Shown: positions 1 through 9,162 of the stretch, piece by piece
How the letters are laid out: each line of letters opens with the position of its first letter
How positions within the stretch are numbered: position 1 is the first letter of the stretch
DNA from: Oculatellaceae cyanobacterium bins.114
GTDB lineage: Bacteria > Cyanobacteriota > Cyanobacteriia > Elainellales > Elainellaceae
Assembly: GCA_033764315.1 (NCBI GenBank)
Contig: JANRJA010000048.1
Span: forward strand, 1 to 57,895
Length of the DNA stretch: 57,895 bases
Direction: 5' to 3'
Translations under genes and position numbers: made by a program
Notes under the pieces: generated by a model
What the model was told of the DNA's origin: nothing
Databases searched by the model: none
What the model saw: only the letters and a program-made list of their open reading frames with translations

Positions 1-141
1 AATGCTGACGGTGGTGACGACGCTACGTTCCCAAAATCGTCCAGTGTTGGATTATCTAGTCGAGGCATGTCGTGCTGCTCGGCAAGGTCAGTCTGCTCCC
101 TCCCTACTACCTGCTGAAAGCACTACCCCCTGAACGATTAC
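1..141 (+). mobile_element. IS66-family element, 3' end (transposase C-terminus to 133 plus right inverted repeat)
   Basis: Frame from nt 2 reads MLTVVTTLRSQNRPVLDYLVEACRAARQGQSAPSLLP..TP*, typical of the IS66 TnpC end. It ends in TGAACGATTAC, the reverse complement of a GTAA-type IS66 IR. Confidence 0.8.
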
Positions 142-165
142 AATTCGAGTTACTGATCAGGCTGC

Positions 166-208
166 CTTCACTGCGCTCAGTCAGCGTCCCCTGAGCTTAG
201 TCAAAGGG
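166..208. repeat. Degenerate REP-like palindrome (CCTTC.ACTGCGCTCAG...CTGAGCTTAGTCAAAGG)
   Basis: Imperfect inverted repeat seen in the sequence. Confidence 0.45.
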
Positions 209-250
209 GACATCTATTAGGACTACTTCAAGGAATTGGTATAATACCTC

Positions 251-358
251 AATTCAAAATTCAAAACTCAAAACTCAAAACTCATCAACTCCCACACTTC
301 TCTTCTCTTCTCTCTCTATTTGTTCTCCTCTTATACTCAGCACTCAGCACTCAATACT
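251..358. repeat. Short tandem heptamer repeats (STRR-like): AAACTCA/AAATTCA and ACTCAGC
   Basis: aattcaaaattcaaaactcaaaactcaaaactca and actcagcactcagcactcaatact. Confidence 0.7.
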
Positions 359-378
359 TTTCTTTCCCCTCTCCTCCC

Positions 379-1806
379 ATGCTCTTAAATCCCTGGCTCA
401 ATATGGCTCTGGTGCTTGCCTTTTTGTTAGGGCTAATGGTTGTGCTGCGAATTGTTCAACACCGTTTTTCGCCACACCCAGAGTTGATCCGCAAAGGGCT
501 ACACATTCCTATGGGGTTGATGACGCTGACCTTTCCCTGGCTGTTTAATCAGCCGTTACCCGTGTTCATTTTGGCAGGATTGGCGATCGCCTGGTTATCG
601 ATATTGCGGTCTTACACACCCTTAAAGACGACATTAGGGAATGTGTTGGGTGGAGTCAAACGGCGATCGCTGGGTGAAATTTATTTTCCACTCTCAGTAG
701 CGTTGCTGTTTGCACTGTCAGAGGGTGATCCGCTGTTGTTTTGCATTCCCATGTTGATTTTGACGTTGGCGGATGCAGTCGCTGCTGTTGTGGGGGTGCA
801 TTATGGCAAATTGCGATATGCCGCCACTGACGGACAAAAAAGTGCTGAAGGGTCGATTACGTTTTTCATGTTGGCGTTCTTTAGTGTGCATGTGCCGTTG
901 CTGTTGATGACCAATACAGGGCGGGCAGAAACCCTGCTGATTGCCATGATTTTGGGGTTGCTGGTGATGGTGCTAGAGGCGATCGCCTGGAGTGGGTTGG
1001 ACAATCTCTTCATTCCGTTGGGTGGGTTCATTTTGCTCAAAACTCACTTAGAAATGGATGTCACGGCTCTGCTAATCCGCTTTGTGGTAACAGTAATTTT
1101 AGTCAGTTTTGTGTTGATTTGGCGACGCCGTACCACCCTCAACGACAGTGCCCTGTTGGGGGCTGCATTTATTGGTTATTTGAGTTGGTCACTGGGCGGT
1201 TGGCAGTGGCTGATGGCACCACTGATTTTGCTAGTCAGTTATCCATTTTTGATCATGTGGATTGACCAACACAAAACACCCCTTACCCCGTTAGAACGGC
1301 AGGTGATGATCTGGCTTCCAGCAGAACCCAATACCCAGGTTGACTTTACCCCGACTCGCCAATGGGAGCGAGTTCACAATGTTTATGCTGTGTTGAGTGT
1401 CGCCGCTGGGGGATTGCTCTGGTTGGCACTTTACCGATTAACGAATGACCCCAGCTTTATCTATCCCTACACGCTTGCTTTTGCCTCGAACCTCTCAGTA
1501 ATCTGCATCGCAGGGTTATCACCCGTCCACTATTGGCAAAAAAATAACTGGTTGCGAGTGATAGCTTACATTTGCGAGAGTTGGCTGTTGATGTTTGTGC
1601 CGCTCATCATCGTGGCATCAGGGTCAACCGCATCGTTGCTCAGTAGTGCCTTGTCTTTGTTAGGAATTGCAATTGCGGCGATCGCCTATTACCTCACGCA
1701 ACCCATGCTGCGCCAACGCCCCACCGATACGCTGAACTGGCTCTGCCGCGCAGTTTACACCACCTTAGGTTCCGGCGTAGTGCTCATCAGCCTGTTTACC
1801 CGCTAG
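379..1806 (+). CDS. Polytopic membrane protein of the phytol/dolichol/diacylglycerol kinase (CTP-dependent) family, with an extra C-terminal membrane region
   Basis: Motifs RKGLH, GEIYF, DAVAAVVG, KSAEGS and GLDNL; many hydrophobic helices. Confidence 0.75.
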   Translation: MLLNPWLNMALVLAFLLGLMVVLRIVQHRFSPHPELIRKGLHIPMGLMTLTFPWLFNQPLPVFILAGLAIAWLSILRSYTPLKTTLGNVLGGVKRRSLGEIYFPLSVALLFALSEGDPLLFCIPMLILTLADAVAAVVGVHYGKLRYAATDGQKSAEGSITFFMLAFFSVHVPLLLMTNTGRAETLLIAMILGLLVMVLEAIAWSGLDNLFIPLGGFILLKTHLEMDVTALLIRFVVTVILVSFVLIWRRRTTLNDSALLGAAFIGYLSWSLGGWQWLMAPLILLVSYPFLIMWIDQHKTPLTPLERQVMIWLPAEPNTQVDFTPTRQWERVHNVYAVLSVAAGGLLWLALYRLTNDPSFIYPYTLAFASNLSVICIAGLSPVHYWQKNNWLRVIAYICESWLLMFVPLIIVASGSTASLLSSALSLLGIAIAAIAYYLTQPMLRQRPTDTLNWLCRAVYTTLGSGVVLISLFTR

Positions 1807-1853
1807 GTAATTCAAGAAATTAGAAAGGGAATCCTGAAAGTAGAAGTTCCTAC

Positions 1854-3119
1854 TTGAAGATCTTACCCATGAGTCACGAACCGCAAGAACGATTCTCATC
1901 CTTTGATTATCAACTCCTCCTGACCTTTCTTGCTGGCATGGTAGTACAAATTCTATTGCCAGGTAATGGAATTATGAGAATTTTTCTTGCCACTTTTTGG
2001 GCTGGAATACTCGTGCGTTTGGCAATTCAACATCGTCAGAAACATCAATGGCAGTGGCAAGGTTTGACTCCATTGAATGTGTTGAGAAGCATAGGAACTT
2101 TAACTTTTGGCTTGTGGTGTTTAGCTTCAGTAATTGTAGAACTTGCAGATGAACCTATCTACAATAGAAAATGGATAGTTAATGATTATTTAAAGGTATA
2201 TTCACTAGAAATATTTTCAGAAGCATTTCGTATTTTACCAAGCCTTTTAACTAGCACAAGTTCATCTGTAAGTTTTATTTTAATTTCTTTTTTCTGGTTA
2301 ATCTTCTGTATATTGGTTAGTTTGAAAGTCGCCTACGTGTCAGAAGAAGATTTTCTAAAGGATTGCAACCAACAAAATAATTTTTCTCATCAATCTCACA
2401 GACAAATACTTCGTTTTCAATCTCACAAGCAAATACTTCATCTCGCTCAAGAGAAACCAAGATCCTTAACTAAGACAATCACTGACTTTTTTACATCTCG
2501 TTCTTTTACACTTCAAAAAAAGCCTAGCTTTGTAAGAATTGAGTTTTACATCGTTTCTTCTCAAGATATTCAAGCTATTTTTGAATCTAGAGACCCCCAA
2601 GCCAATATTTTTACATTAATTAGTTTGACGGTTATGTTTTTATTTTCTACCTATGCTCTAATTCACATCATTGCGTTTGAGTTGTCTAGTTATCTCACTA
2701 ATATACAAGACCGGAACGAATATCCGCTCTCTATAGTCCTCTTGAGCATACAAATTCTATTTTTTTCTATGTTGTCTTGGCTAATTTGGAATTTTGCAAT
2801 TCATCCATTTTTCGTTAAAAAAGTTCTTGAATTCAAAGCAGATAAATTAGTGGTTGGTGAAAAAATCTTCGGGCTGTATCGCAAACTTTTCAGCATTCAT
2901 CAAACCGACTTGTTACCTTTAAAGCAATATAGTAAAGGAGCTAGAAAACCTGGAGTTAGTAATACAGTATTACTCATTCAACGACGTGGAAAGGATATAG
3001 AAATAGCGGGACATCTACTACCAATAGCAATGGAGATAGTTCAGGAAACTTACGATCGCTACCGTACATCCACATTCGACCACTTTTATGACAACACTCA
3101 GCCTGCCTATTTCGAGTAA
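1854..3119 (+). CDS. Hypothetical AT-rich membrane protein (probable start ATG 1869)
   Basis: 421-aa ORF with several TM segments; no recognised motif. Confidence 0.6.
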   Translation: MKILPMSHEPQERFSSFDYQLLLTFLAGMVVQILLPGNGIMRIFLATFWAGILVRLAIQHRQKHQWQWQGLTPLNVLRSIGTLTFGLWCLASVIVELADEPIYNRKWIVNDYLKVYSLEIFSEAFRILPSLLTSTSSSVSFILISFFWLIFCILVSLKVAYVSEEDFLKDCNQQNNFSHQSHRQILRFQSHKQILHLAQEKPRSLTKTITDFFTSRSFTLQKKPSFVRIEFYIVSSQDIQAIFESRDPQANIFTLISLTVMFLFSTYALIHIIAFELSSYLTNIQDRNEYPLSIVLLSIQILFFSMLSWLIWNFAIHPFFVKKVLEFKADKLVVGEKIFGLYRKLFSIHQTDLLPLKQYSKGARKPGVSNTVLLIQRRGKDIEIAGHLLPIAMEIVQETYDRYRTSTFDHFYDNTQPAYFE

Positions 3120-3146
3120 TATTAGTTGGGCAAATTAAAGAACTCT

Positions 3147-3176
3147 GCGATCGCCCCTTGCCTCTCCAGATATGAT
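3147..3176 (+). repeat. HIP1-anchored 30-bp direct repeat, copy 1
   Basis: GCGATCGCCCCTTGCCTCTCCAGATATGAT; 26/30 identical to 3705-3734. Confidence 0.75.
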
Positions 3177-3203
3177 TGAGTTGTATGTGGCTCACTCTGT
3201 CCT

Positions 3204-3518
3204 ATGACGATTCAGAATCTCGAACTCTCAATGGAGCAAATCAAAGAACTGTGCGATCGCTGGCATATCCTTGAATTTGCCCTGTTTGGTTCTGTCTTGA
3301 GGGATGATTTTCGACCCGATAGTGACGTTGATGTCCTCATTACCTTTGCGCCTGATGCCCGAAGGGGATTGCTAACCCTCGCCCGGATTAAGCATGAATT
3401 AGAAGAATTGCTAGGTCGAGAAGTTGATATCTTAACTAAGAAATCGATTGAGCAAAGTCATAACTCAACTCGTAGTCATCATATTTTGCAATCCGCTCAA
3501 GTGCTTTATGTCGCGTGA
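3204..3518 (+). CDS. Minimal nucleotidyltransferase (MNT) antitoxin
   Basis: LFGSVLRDDFRPDSDVDVL motif (GS..DxD); overlaps the downstream HEPN gene. Confidence 0.9.
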   Translation: MTIQNLELSMEQIKELCDRWHILEFALFGSVLRDDFRPDSDVDVLITFAPDARRGLLTLARIKHELEELLGREVDILTKKSIEQSHNSTRSHHILQSAQVLYVA

Positions 3519-3654
3519 TCAGCAGTGTATCGAAGACATGTTGAATGCAGCCCAAGAGATTCTCAGCTTTACGGTTGATATGAATTATGCTTCCTTGGAA
3601 GCAGATCGCCTTACCCAAGTTATGGCTCTGCTTAAGCCACTATTATCAACCTAG
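3508..3654 (+). pseudogene. HEPN/DUF86 toxin with internal deletion
   Basis: MSRDQQCIEDMLNAAQEILSFT..ADRLTQ joins directly to the C-terminal MALLKPLL. Only 48 aa; no RxxxxH motif. Confidence 0.7.
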
Positions 3655-3704
3655 ACAGACAAGAGCAACTAGATAGGCAATGTGAAACGGTTCCCCTTGA
3701 TGAG

Positions 3705-3734
3705 GCGATCGCCCCTTGCTCTTCCAGATAGGAT
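3705..3734 (+). repeat. HIP1-anchored 30-bp direct repeat, copy 2
   Basis: GCGATCGCCCCTTGCTCTTCCAGATAGGAT. Confidence 0.75.
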
Positions 3735-3747
3735 GAAAGAGAAATGG

Positions 3748-4521
3748 TTATGCGCGATCGCTTCGCAATAAGTTGGCTGCCCAAACGGTGTCTGCCTCAC
3801 TCAAGGGAGGAATAGATGGCTGAGAGTAGTCGATCGCCAAGTCATATCCTGCTCGGTCATACACTCCGTTTAGAGTCTCTTGTAAATCAAGCAGAGGCTC
3901 TACATCTTCTGCCTTGAGTGGAATGGGAAAAGCTGGGATTGGCTCTCGTAGTGTGAAGGCGTACAAGTCAGAAACAGGGCGACGGTTACTGCGACTGACT
4001 AAAATTCGATAGGCTGAGTGGATATCTTGAAAAACGAGTGGTGGTTGTCCAGCTCTGAGCAGATCAATCTCAATCAAATGCCGTGCACTTGCCAATACTT
4101 GTAACCGTTTACGATGATAGATTTGTCGTCCTTCACCCACTCGTTTGTTGGTGGGTGAAAGCACTTCAATCACAGTGATCGTGTAGTCTGTCTTGATCTC
4201 TCTAATTTCTAAATAGCGTTCGCTCACCATTTCAGGCATCGGAACGGTTACTTCTAACGGTTGGCGAATCGAGGAAAGTGTCGTGGTGGCTAGAGTAGGG
4301 ATGCTGGTTGATCGTTGTGACAGCACAGCGACATCTGGTATGCCTACCAAAACGCTATCGTCTCCGCTAAGATAGGTACGCTTCTCAATTGCAACTCGAT
4401 ATTTGGGACGCAGACTGGGGGCGATCGCGTCAGCAATTGCTACAATCAGACGGCTGTGCACCTCAGACCATAACTCCGGGTTCTCTAAGTAGGGGTCCAT
4501 TCCTGGGAAGGGGGAGGGCAC
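3748..4521 (-). CDS. DUF4058 family protein (PD-(D/E)xK nuclease-like)
   Basis: MPSPFPGMDPYLE N-terminus; PDV, IEVLSPTNK and EIDLLR motifs. Confidence 0.85.
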   Translation of the reverse strand: MPSPFPGMDPYLENPELWSEVHSRLIVAIADAIAPSLRPKYRVAIEKRTYLSGDDSVLVGIPDVAVLSQRSTSIPTLATTTLSSIRQPLEVTVPMPEMVSERYLEIREIKTDYTITVIEVLSPTNKRVGEGRQIYHRKRLQVLASARHLIEIDLLRAGQPPLVFQDIHSAYRILVSRSNRRPVSDLYAFTLREPIPAFPIPLKAEDVEPLLDLQETLNGVYDRAGYDLAIDYSQPSIPPLSEADTVWAANLLRSDRA

Positions 4522-4595
4522 GGCACGATCTCAACAAAAACGATACGTTGGAATTATCTTAATTCTAACGATACTTTGAAATTCTTCTAAGGCTA

Positions 4596-5597
4596 ATGAA
4601 TGCTTTTCAGCTCATTGAGCGATCGCCGCAGTCCAATGATCTCAGTGGATTGAGTGGTTTAACCCCAATTGATGCTCAAGTTTTGGCTCAACATGCACCC
4701 GACGCTCATTGGCTGTTACTTCACGAGAGAGACATCACGGCCTATTGTTCGCTTTGGTGGCAGCATGTCCCAGCTTACGCCAATCAAAAGTTGGGTTTAA
4801 TTGGTCACTATGCAGCCCAAACTCATGAATCTGCTCAAGCATTGCTGCATCACGTCTGTCAGCAATTAACGGTTCATGGCTGCACGCTGGCGGTGGGGCC
4901 GATGGATGGCAACACCTGGCGACGTTATCGACTGGTGAGCGATCGCGGCACAGAACCTATCTTCTTTTTAGAACCTGATAATCCCGATGAATGGTGTGAC
5001 CACTTTCGAGGGACTGGGTTTACGACTCTGGCAGACTATAGCTCTGGCTTAACCACTGATTTGACTCAGATAGACCCCCGAATGGAGCGGGTAGAGCGGC
5101 GACTCACCGAGATCGGGGTAACGGTGCGATCGCTGCAATTAGACAACCTTGAGCCAGAACTTCAGCGGATTCATCAGCTTTCTCTGATCAGCTTTCGCCA
5201 CAACTTTCTCTATACCCCGATCGCCCAAGACGAATTCATCACCCAATACAGCCAGATCAAACCTTATCTTCAGTCGCAGTTGGTGTTGCTAGCAGAACAC
5301 GATGGCAACTTGGTGGGTTTTCTCTTTGCCCTCCCCGATGTATTGCAAGCCCAACGCGGGGAATCTATTAACACGGTGATTATCAAAACCGTTGCTGTGC
5401 TACCCAACAAAATCTATGCGGGGTTGGGCAATCTTTTGGTGTCAAAGTGTCAGGCGATCGCCCATCAGTTGAGTTACACTCGTGCCATTCATGCGCTGAT
5501 GCACAATGCTAACAATTCGCAGAACTTGAGCGATCGCTATGCCCATACAATTCGGCGTTACACCCTGTTTTCTAAAGAATTAAGCCTAAAGAATTAA
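4596..5597 (+). CDS. GNAT-fold N-acetyl/acyltransferase-like protein
   Basis: GPMDGNTWRRYR; IKTVAVLP...GLGNLL acyl-CoA-binding-like segment. Confidence 0.7.
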   Translation: MNAFQLIERSPQSNDLSGLSGLTPIDAQVLAQHAPDAHWLLLHERDITAYCSLWWQHVPAYANQKLGLIGHYAAQTHESAQALLHHVCQQLTVHGCTLAVGPMDGNTWRRYRLVSDRGTEPIFFLEPDNPDEWCDHFRGTGFTTLADYSSGLTTDLTQIDPRMERVERRLTEIGVTVRSLQLDNLEPELQRIHQLSLISFRHNFLYTPIAQDEFITQYSQIKPYLQSQLVLLAEHDGNLVGFLFALPDVLQAQRGESINTVIIKTVAVLPNKIYAGLGNLLVSKCQAIAHQLSYTRAIHALMHNANNSQNLSDRYAHTIRRYTLFSKELSLKN

Positions 5598-5836
5598 GCG
5601 GCTTGTAAGGGTTTTCCAAAGGTGAGTGGTTTTGGTAAAGTTTCACCCTTTTCTAAAGCAGAATCAACCAATAGCTCTAGCACTTCTTGAGCATTTTGAA
5701 TGGATTCTTCATAAGTTTCACCATGCGTACAAGGCTGCATCAAATCTGTAAATTCAGGTAGAGTGACAACAAAACAGTCGTCTTCATCTGACCATTGAAT
5801 CAATACGCTATATTTAATCTTTTCCTTGTTCTTCAT
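5594..5836 (-). CDS. hicB: HicB-like antitoxin (short form)
   Basis: YSVLIQWSDEDDCFVVTLPEF..THGETYEE..NAQEVL. Confidence 0.85.
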   Translation of the reverse strand: MKNKEKIKYSVLIQWSDEDDCFVVTLPEFTDLMQPCTHGETYEESIQNAQEVLELLVDSALEKGETLPKPLTFGKPLQAA

Positions 5837-6038
5837 CTTCAATTCTCCTCAATAGTTCCAACGCTTCATTAACTTGCTTCTCAAGATAAAATTTGGCATC
5901 ACTACTGTCTTTCCCCGCCATCATAATCGCTTTATTGAGCTTTGGATGAATCCATTTGCTATGACTTCCTTTTGCAGGTTGATAGAAGAATCCTGCTTTC
6001 AGCAGTAGGCTTTTTAATTCTCGAATCTTCTTTGGCAT
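5814..6038 (-). CDS. hicA: HicA toxin
   Basis: MPKKIRELKSLL..AGF...KGSHSKWIHP (GSH motif); upstream of and overlapping hicB. Confidence 0.85.
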   Translation of the reverse strand: MPKKIRELKSLLLKAGFFYQPAKGSHSKWIHPKLNKAIMMAGKDSSDAKFYLEKQVNEALELLRRIEDEEQGKD

Positions 6039-6054
6039 CAGTAAACACAAACCC

Positions 6055-7116
6055 CTAGACTTCGACCAGTTGAGGCTCGGTGTCTTCAGTCATGACCCAA
6101 TCGGGCAGTGTTTCTAAGCGGGCGATCGCCTGATCGATTAACGCCACTCCATCGGTCACTGACTCAATCACCGCCAGTTTGCCGCGCAACTCCGATGCCC
6201 CTGGAAACCCTTTGGCATACCAGGTCATGTGTTTGCGGGCTTGACGAATGCCGCGATCGCCTTTGTAGTTCCACAGCATTTGTAGATGGTCGCGAGCACA
6301 GAGCAACCGCTCAATCGGCGTTGGAGATTGCCGCAATTCGCCTGTTTTAAGGAAATGATCCACCTCACCCACCAAAAAGGGATAGCCCAACGTGCCACGA
6401 GAACACATCACCCCATCGGCTCCGGTGCTTTCCAGGCACCGCACAGCGGCATCTACCGAAAAAATATCACCGTTGGCAATCACCGGAATTGTCAGGACGG
6501 CTTTGACGTTGGCAATCCACTCCCACCGAGCAGGCCCATTGTAGCCCTGGGCGCGAGTCCGACCGTGCAGGGTCAACATCTGCGCTCCGGCATCCTGCAT
6601 CCGTTGAGCAAATTCCACCGCGTTAATTTCTTTGTCAGACCAACCAATGCGAGTTTTAACCGTAACAGGCACCTTCACCGCATTCACCACCGATTGCACA
6701 ATTTCTCCCGCTAGTTCTGGTTCTCGCAACAGCGACGAGCCACCCCCATTCTTAGTGATTTTATTCACCGGGCAACCCATGTTGATGTCAATGGTGTCGG
6801 CTCCCTCATCCACCGCTTTTTGAGCGGCTTCTGCTAAAAAGTCAGGACGGCAATCAAACAACTGAATGCTAATCGGTCGTTCGTTGGGGTCAACCTCCAT
6901 AATCTTGGGCAATGCTTTAACGTAGTGCAACCCTGTGGCGTTGACCATCTCGGTATACATCATCGAGTCTGGGGCATATCGCCGTACTAATCGCCGAAAC
7001 ACCAAATCTGTCACCCCTGACAAGGGCGATTGCAATACCCGACTGTTGACCTCCACTGAACCAATTTTGAGGGGAGTAGACAACCGTGCTTTTAAGTCAG
7101 GAGACAGGGAAACCAT
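6055..7116 (-). CDS. dusB: tRNA-dihydrouridine synthase
   Basis: SPLSGVTD, DINMGCP, VTVKTRIG, HGRT and ANGDI motifs. Confidence 0.93.
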   Translation of the reverse strand: MVSLSPDLKARLSTPLKIGSVEVNSRVLQSPLSGVTDLVFRRLVRRYAPDSMMYTEMVNATGLHYVKALPKIMEVDPNERPISIQLFDCRPDFLAEAAQKAVDEGADTIDINMGCPVNKITKNGGGSSLLREPELAGEIVQSVVNAVKVPVTVKTRIGWSDKEINAVEFAQRMQDAGAQMLTLHGRTRAQGYNGPARWEWIANVKAVLTIPVIANGDIFSVDAAVRCLESTGADGVMCSRGTLGYPFLVGEVDHFLKTGELRQSPTPIERLLCARDHLQMLWNYKGDRGIRQARKHMTWYAKGFPGASELRGKLAVIESVTDGVALIDQAIARLETLPDWVMTEDTEPQLVEV

Positions 7117-7298
7117 ACAAACCTACGCCATGCGCGAGTGGATTAGCTTTCTATTTTATCGCTGTTGCCGATGTGGGCGATCGCCAGGGTTTGAGTCATT
7201 GCCATTCTATATAGAGGCTGTTTCCAGACTAACGCTAATTTAAGAAGTGGCATAGCCAGACCACTCCGGCGAGGGAACTAAGATACCCTCAGAAAGTC

Positions 7299-8006
7299 AT
7301 GCCTACGTTTAGAATCAGTCCCTCTACCATGTCATCTGTGACAGAGCCACGCCATTCGCCTGCTCCCCATCTTCCACCGATCCGGCTTCTGATTGTGGAA
7401 GATGACCCTGTGATGCAACTGGGTTTGGAGCAGTTTTTTGCCGATTATCCTCAGGTTGATATTGTAGGACAGGCCGCTAACGGCTACACAGGCGTTGAGA
7501 TTGCCCTGCAACAGCAACCCGATATTGTGATTATGGATATTGGCCTGCCTCAACTCGATGGCATTGCGGCAACTCAGCAAATTAAGCAAGCTAATTCTGC
7601 GATTCGAGTGGTGATGTTGACGTCTCACACCGCTGAGACAGAGATGATTGCAGCTTTGTGTAGTGGAGCGGATGCCTATTGCGTTAAAGGTGTGAGTGTC
7701 GATCAATTGCTGCTGGCGATCGCCTCTGCCCAAGAAGGAGCGGTATATCTCGACCCTCGCATTGCTCGTCAAGTGGTTGATCACCTCAAACCCTTTACCC
7801 CAAAGGCTCCTATGGGTCAGCTTTCTGAACGAGAGTTAGAGGTTTTGAAATTGATTGTGGAAGGTAAGACCAACCCTGAAATTGCTGCTGTGCTTTTTCT
7901 CAGTCCCAGTACGATCAAGGCTCATATTCGCAGCATTATGAACAAGCTAGCGGTCGATGATCGTGTCCAGGCGGCTGTAGTTGCACTGCGGGCAGGCATT
8001 GTGTAG
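7299..8006 (+). CDS. NarL/LuxR-family response regulator
   Basis: REC domain (VEDD, MDIGLP, K) plus LSERELEVL..GKTNPEIA HTH. Confidence 0.93.
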   Translation: MPTFRISPSTMSSVTEPRHSPAPHLPPIRLLIVEDDPVMQLGLEQFFADYPQVDIVGQAANGYTGVEIALQQQPDIVIMDIGLPQLDGIAATQQIKQANSAIRVVMLTSHTAETEMIAALCSGADAYCVKGVSVDQLLLAIASAQEGAVYLDPRIARQVVDHLKPFTPKAPMGQLSERELEVLKLIVEGKTNPEIAAVLFLSPSTIKAHIRSIMNKLAVDDRVQAAVVALRAGIV

Positions 8007-8037
8007 GCGCAAGAAAAATTGTGTAGGCGCAAGAAAA
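7998..8037 (+). repeat. Exact 20-bp tandem duplication across the stop codon
   Basis: ATTGTGTAGGCGCAAGAAAA x2. Confidence 0.9.
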
Positions 8038-8040
8038 AAT

Positions 8041-8073
8041 AAAGGATAAAAAAGGAAGTCCTCATTTATCCTT
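8041..8073. terminator. Inverted repeat between convergent genes
   Basis: AAAGGATAAA...TTTATCCTTT. Confidence 0.4.
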
Positions 8074-8100
8074 TATCGTTCATCCTTGAGCCTTCGGTTT

Positions 8101-9162
8101 TTAGAAGCCCCACTTCCGCTTTGGTCCAATATCTAAGTGCAGGATGTGTTTGCGGTTGCCCGGATAAATGCCTAAACCACCTGGCCACGAAGGCATAAGG
8201 GCTTGTCCCAGTTGTCTACCGCTATACCCTGCTACGACAATATCAACCCCACTGCCGGTCAGATGCTGACTTTTTCTGGCACCACCTACCTTCGCATTCC
8301 AAGGGTTTGGGCGATACCACGAGGTAATTCGGAAGGGCTTGCCAATCTGCTGTCTGGCTTTCTCTAATTGATTAGCAAGTTTAATCATGTTGTCCACATG
8401 AGCCACTTGCTGTGGAATTCGTTCGCCACCGTGAGTTACCTGCCCCCAGGTAAACACTCCTCCAGCAATGACGGGTTGGTCAGTATACACAACCCCTTTG
8501 CCTCCCGGAAGTGTGATTTTTTTGCCTGTATAGCTTCCAGCTTGAGCTGGTTGAGCCGGTTGTGCCACAGGAGTTGGCACTGAGGCTGGTTGAGCCGCTG
8601 TTTTGGGTAATGGGTAGACAAGCTCATCGTTGAGTTCAACGTGGGCATGTTGATCTAAGACATACCAGGTGCTTATGCCATTGATGTAATCGTCGGAGTC
8701 AGCGATCGCAAACTTAATATGATTGTTGAAACTACCTTTGGCATCAGCGTAGGCATAGGAGTGAAGCTCAATGGTCTTGCCTTTGCTGATGTTGACCTTG
8801 TCAGTCGCAGCCAGTTTTGAGGAATCGACGGGTTGACGCTTTAGGATGGTGTCTTGATCAATTTCAAGAACCAGGGGTGAAGCTTGTTCTTCTTGAGGAT
8901 AAACAACTTCCCCATCAAATTCGACTTCGATGTGAGGACTGTAGGCATACCAGGTGTTAAACCCTTGAAGACTTTGATTAAGGAGAGCAAATTTAACATG
9001 TCCATCAAAGTCTCCATCACCATCAGCATAGGCATAAGATTGAATCTCAAATTCCTTGCCCGCTTCCATTTTGCAAAGCTGTTCGGCAGCGAGTTCGCTA
9101 GATAGCTTAGGCTCCCGCTTTAAGAAGGTGTCTTTGACAATTTTTAAGACCTGCTTGGTCAT
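8101..9162 (-). CDS. Peptidase M15A (D-Ala-D-Ala carboxypeptidase-type) with two N-terminal ~90-aa repeat domains
   Basis: C-terminal ITSWYR..N.KVGGA.KSQH.TGSGVDI...HILHLD zinc motifs; N-terminal repeats DT.LKR.P..SS...SYAYAD..G....H.KFA...G..TWY. Confidence 0.85.
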   Translation of the reverse strand: MTKQVLKIVKDTFLKREPKLSSELAAEQLCKMEAGKEFEIQSYAYADGDGDFDGHVKFALLNQSLQGFNTWYAYSPHIEVEFDGEVVYPQEEQASPLVLEIDQDTILKRQPVDSSKLAATDKVNISKGKTIELHSYAYADAKGSFNNHIKFAIADSDDYINGISTWYVLDQHAHVELNDELVYPLPKTAAQPASVPTPVAQPAQPAQAGSYTGKKITLPGGKGVVYTDQPVIAGGVFTWGQVTHGGERIPQQVAHVDNMIKLANQLEKARQQIGKPFRITSWYRPNPWNAKVGGARKSQHLTGSGVDIVVAGYSGRQLGQALMPSWPGGLGIYPGNRKHILHLDIGPKRKWGF

